Source: Bacilli bacterium (lineage in GTDB: Bacteria; Bacillota_I; Bacilli_A; ML615J-28; CAG-698). From it: DNA of 64,000 nucleotides. The stretch is taken from assembly GCA_050953065.1 (NCBI GenBank), contig JBMNLZ010000003.1:32001-96000 (forward strand), written 5' to 3'. Made by a program: the position numbers and the translations under genes. The notes beneath the pieces are model-generated. The model saw only the letters and a program-made list of their open reading frames with translations. It was not told the origin of the DNA and did no database searches. Shown here one piece after another: positions 61,244-64,000 of the stretch. Numbering within the stretch: the stretch's first letter is position 1; each line of letters starts with the position of its first letter.

Positions 61244-62563
61244 TTATAAAGCTAGTTTATAAGAGGCTGCCATAACCTCACTTAAAGTTGGATGAGCATA
61301 AATATAATTATTTAACTCACTTAATTTTATTTTTTTGTTCATTATTATAACAGCCTCATGAATCAAAGTACTAGCTTGAGGTCCTATTATATGAACTCCT
61401 AATATCAAGTCATCTTTACTAATTACCTTTACAAAGCCATCAACCTCACCCATTGAAAAAGCTTTTCCATTAGCTCTAAATGGAAATTTTACAACCTTAC
61501 AATCTTCTTCTATCATTTCTTTTGTTAAACCAACACTAGCAACTTCTGGGAAAGAAAAAACACAAGCAGGAATTAACGAAAAGTTAATTTCTGATTTTTT
61601 TCCCGTTAAATGATCAAATAAATAAAATGCATTGTATGCTGCATAATGAGCAAGCATTACTTTACCTATTACATCTCCTATAGCATAGATATTTTCAACA
61701 TTAGTTTGAAAATTATCATTTACTATAATACCTTTTTTTGTATATTTTACTAAAGCATTATCTAAAGCTAAACTGTTAAGATTAGGAATTCTACCTACAC
61801 TTACTAAAACGTTTGTTGCTGAAAATGTTCTGCCATCTTCTAATGTTACCTTTAGGTTATCTTCTTTTGTAATCTTAGTTACTTTAGCACTAGTATTGAT
61901 ATCTATTCCTATTTGTTTTAAGTATACTTGAAGTCTTTTAGAAATCTCTTCATCAAAATTAGCAATGATATTAGGTAAGGCTTCTATTACAGTAACATTA
62001 CTACCAAAAAGTTTAAAAATAGATGCCATTTCAATTCCAATTACTCCACCACCTATTATCACTAAATCCTTTGGTATACTAGTTAATTCTAAAATCTCAT
62101 CAGATGTGATAACACCTTCTAAATTAATTCCTTCAATGGGTGGTATAAAAGGTTTAGAACCAGTTGCTATAACTATTTTTTTAGCCTTATAAGTAACATT
62201 ATTTACTAAAATAGTATTCTTATCAACAAAACTTGCTTCTCCATAAACTACTTCAACATCTCTTTTTTTTAATGCATTTTCTAAATTAGAAGTTAAAGAA
62301 GAAACAATTTTTTCTTTTCTTTCATATGCTTTTAAAAATTCAAAACTAAAACTCGCATCAATTCCAAACTCATTTAAAGATTTTAAATCCTTTAATAGAC
62401 TTGCATTCTTATGATATGTTTTAGTAGGAATACAGCCCTTTTGTAAGCAAACTCCACCTAATTTTTCTTTTTCAACTAATAAAACATCCATTCCTTCTTT
62501 TTTAGCCGCTAAAGCTATTTCAAGTCCACCAGCTCCAGCTCCTATTACAATTATATCTTTCAT
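61244..62563 (-). CDS. lpdA: Dihydrolipoyl dehydrogenase
   Basis: GGVCLQKGCIPTK, GGGVIGIE, HPTLSE; next to gcvPB. Confidence 0.92.
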   Translation of the reverse strand: MKDIIVIGAGAGGLEIALAAKKEGMDVLLVEKEKLGGVCLQKGCIPTKTYHKNASLLKDLKSLNEFGIDASFSFEFLKAYERKEKIVSSLTSNLENALKKRDVEVVYGEASFVDKNTILVNNVTYKAKKIVIATGSKPFIPPIEGINLEGVITSDEILELTSIPKDLVIIGGGVIGIEMASIFKLFGSNVTVIEALPNIIANFDEEISKRLQVYLKQIGIDINTSAKVTKITKEDNLKVTLEDGRTFSATNVLVSVGRIPNLNSLALDNALVKYTKKGIIVNDNFQTNVENIYAIGDVIGKVMLAHYAAYNAFYLFDHLTGKKSEINFSLIPACVFSFPEVASVGLTKEMIEEDCKVVKFPFRANGKAFSMGEVDGFVKVISKDDLILGVHIIGPQASTLIHEAVIIMNKKIKLSELNNYIYAHPTLSEVMAASYKLAL

Positions 62564-63984
62564 TATTCTATATCCTTATATTTTAAAATTGGATTTCTAG
62601 CAGCCTTAACTTCATCAAGCCTTCTTACACAAGTATTATGTGGAGCACCTTTTAATAAATCACTAGATTCTCTTGCTTCTTTAGCAATTTTTTTCATTAC
62701 AGCAATAAATGAATCCAGTGTATCTTTACTTTCAGCCTCAGTTGGTTCAATCATCATTGCTTGATGGAATAATAGTGGGAAATAAATTGTCGGTGGATGA
62801 TAGCCATAATCAAGTAATCTTTTAGCTACCTCTAATGTAGTAGCAGTCTTATCTTTTAGGCCATCAAATACAACCTCATGCATACAAATATCATCAACTG
62901 CTAATAAATAATCATCTTTCAAAGATTCTTTTATATAGTTAGCATTTAAAACTGACAGTTTCCCAACATTCATTATATTTTCTTTTCCTAACGCTAGAAT
63001 ATAAGAATAAGCTTTAATAACTACTAAAAAGTTACCATAAAAACTACTAATACTACCAATTGAATCCTTTGTTTTTAAAAATTCATATTTCCCGTTATTA
63101 TATGTAACTCTTGGATTAGGTAAGAATTTTCTTAATTCTTCTACTACTCCAACAGGCCCACTGCCTGGTCCTCCTCCACCATGTGGAGTTGAGAATGTTT
63201 TATGTAAATTAATATGCATGACATCAAATCCCATATCAGCAGGACGAGCTACTCCTAAAATTGCATTTAAATTAGCTCCATCATAATATAAAAGACTTCC
63301 ATTAGCATGAACTAACTTAGATATTTCTAAAATATCTTTTTCAAAAATTCCAACTGTATTTGGATTTGTGAGCATAATAGCTGCTACTTCATCATTTAAT
63401 ACATTCTTTAAACTCTCTAAATCAACTAATCCCTTATCATTAGATTTAATTTCAACTGTTTCAAAGCCTACAACATTACAACTAGCTGGGTTAGTCCCAT
63501 GCGCACTATCTGGAATAATAACCTTAGTTCTTTTAAAATCTTTTTTACTTAAAAAATATTCTTTGATAATCATCAATCCAACTGCTTCTCCATGTGCTCC
63601 TGCGAAGGGATTAAAACTAAATTCACTCATTCCAGTTAGACTAGATAACATCTTAGAAGTTTCATAATATATTTTTAATGCGCCTTGAGTAGTTGAGGTA
63701 GGTTGAAGTGGATGAAGGCAAGTAAAATTAGACATGCTTGCTGCTACTTCATTAATTTTAGGATTATATTTCATTGTACAAGACCCAAGCGGATATAATC
63801 CTTGATCAACACCATAATTTTTAAGTGATAAATTAGTGTAATGCCTTACAACATCAACTTCACTTAAATTAGGTAAATCTAAAAAGTTTCTTAAATATTT
63901 CTTATCTATTTCATAAGTTTCACTAAAATTGCTTTTCTCGCAAATATCTTTATCTTTAATTTCAAATATTAATTTATCATACAT
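62563..63984 (-). CDS. gcvPB: Glycine dehydrogenase (decarboxylating) subunit 2
   Basis: PLGSCTMKYNPK, GAHGE, AHGTNPAS, NLHKTFSTPHGGGGPG, EPTE.ESK. Confidence 0.96.
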   Translation of the reverse strand: MYDKLIFEIKDKDICEKSNFSETYEIDKKYLRNFLDLPNLSEVDVVRHYTNLSLKNYGVDQGLYPLGSCTMKYNPKINEVAASMSNFTCLHPLQPTSTTQGALKIYYETSKMLSSLTGMSEFSFNPFAGAHGEAVGLMIIKEYFLSKKDFKRTKVIIPDSAHGTNPASCNVVGFETVEIKSNDKGLVDLESLKNVLNDEVAAIMLTNPNTVGIFEKDILEISKLVHANGSLLYYDGANLNAILGVARPADMGFDVMHINLHKTFSTPHGGGGPGSGPVGVVEELRKFLPNPRVTYNNGKYEFLKTKDSIGSISSFYGNFLVVIKAYSYILALGKENIMNVGKLSVLNANYIKESLKDDYLLAVDDICMHEVVFDGLKDKTATTLEVAKRLLDYGYHPPTIYFPLLFHQAMMIEPTEAESKDTLDSFIAVMKKIAKEARESSDLLKGAPHNTCVRRLDEVKAARNPILKYKDIE

Positions 63985-64000
63985 TATTTTATACCTCTTA

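Noticed and set aside
928-63667. Short plus-strand ORFs in the track (e.g. 928-1164, 19420-19779, 37744-38076, 46817-47224, 59438-59821)
   Set aside because: They lie antisense to well-supported minus-strand genes and have no recognisable motifs; shadow ORFs
1-64000. Genetic code 4 (UGA=Trp)
   Set aside because: Conserved genes translate full length in code 11 with Trp as TGG
63985-64000. 3' end of gcvPA
   Set aside because: Expected from synteny, but 16 nt is too little to support a call

Overview
AT-rich bacterial chromosome segment read in genetic code 11. Every supported gene except yidD is on the minus strand. Gene content (DUF1189-like protein, long SecE, many InlB-B/Big_2 lipoproteins, CCA-encoding tRNAs, aaRS genes without T-box leaders) suggests a Bacilli lineage, probably Acholeplasmatales/Izemoplasmatales-like; this is inference. 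Housekeeping content: leuS (3' end off-window), cysS-mrnC-rlmB-sigH-like-rpmG-secE-nusG, a two-component system, rplM-rpsI, metG, pfkA, dnaE, ackA, dapF-aroB-aroC-aroE/K-aroA, glnA-ridA, ktrAB, acpP-accBCDA-fabKDGFZ, purC, lpdA, gcvPB and three tRNAs. Most interesting observations: (1) giant stalked lipoproteins tipped with a peptidoglycan amidase and a GlcNAc-phosphodiester glycosidase, plus a NahK-like kinase and DapF, possibly a system for harvesting other bacteria's cell walls; (2) uncharacterised passenger domains inserted at the same loop of InlB B-repeats in two genes; (3) an ATPase/PD-(D/E)xK gene next to tRNA-Gly, preceded by three phased 32-33 bp repeats; (4) a 1385-aa fusion of two paralogous surface proteins, and Shine-Dalgarno-sequestering hairpins before two secreted-protein genes. 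No CRISPR array, rRNA, transposase or prophage was seen.
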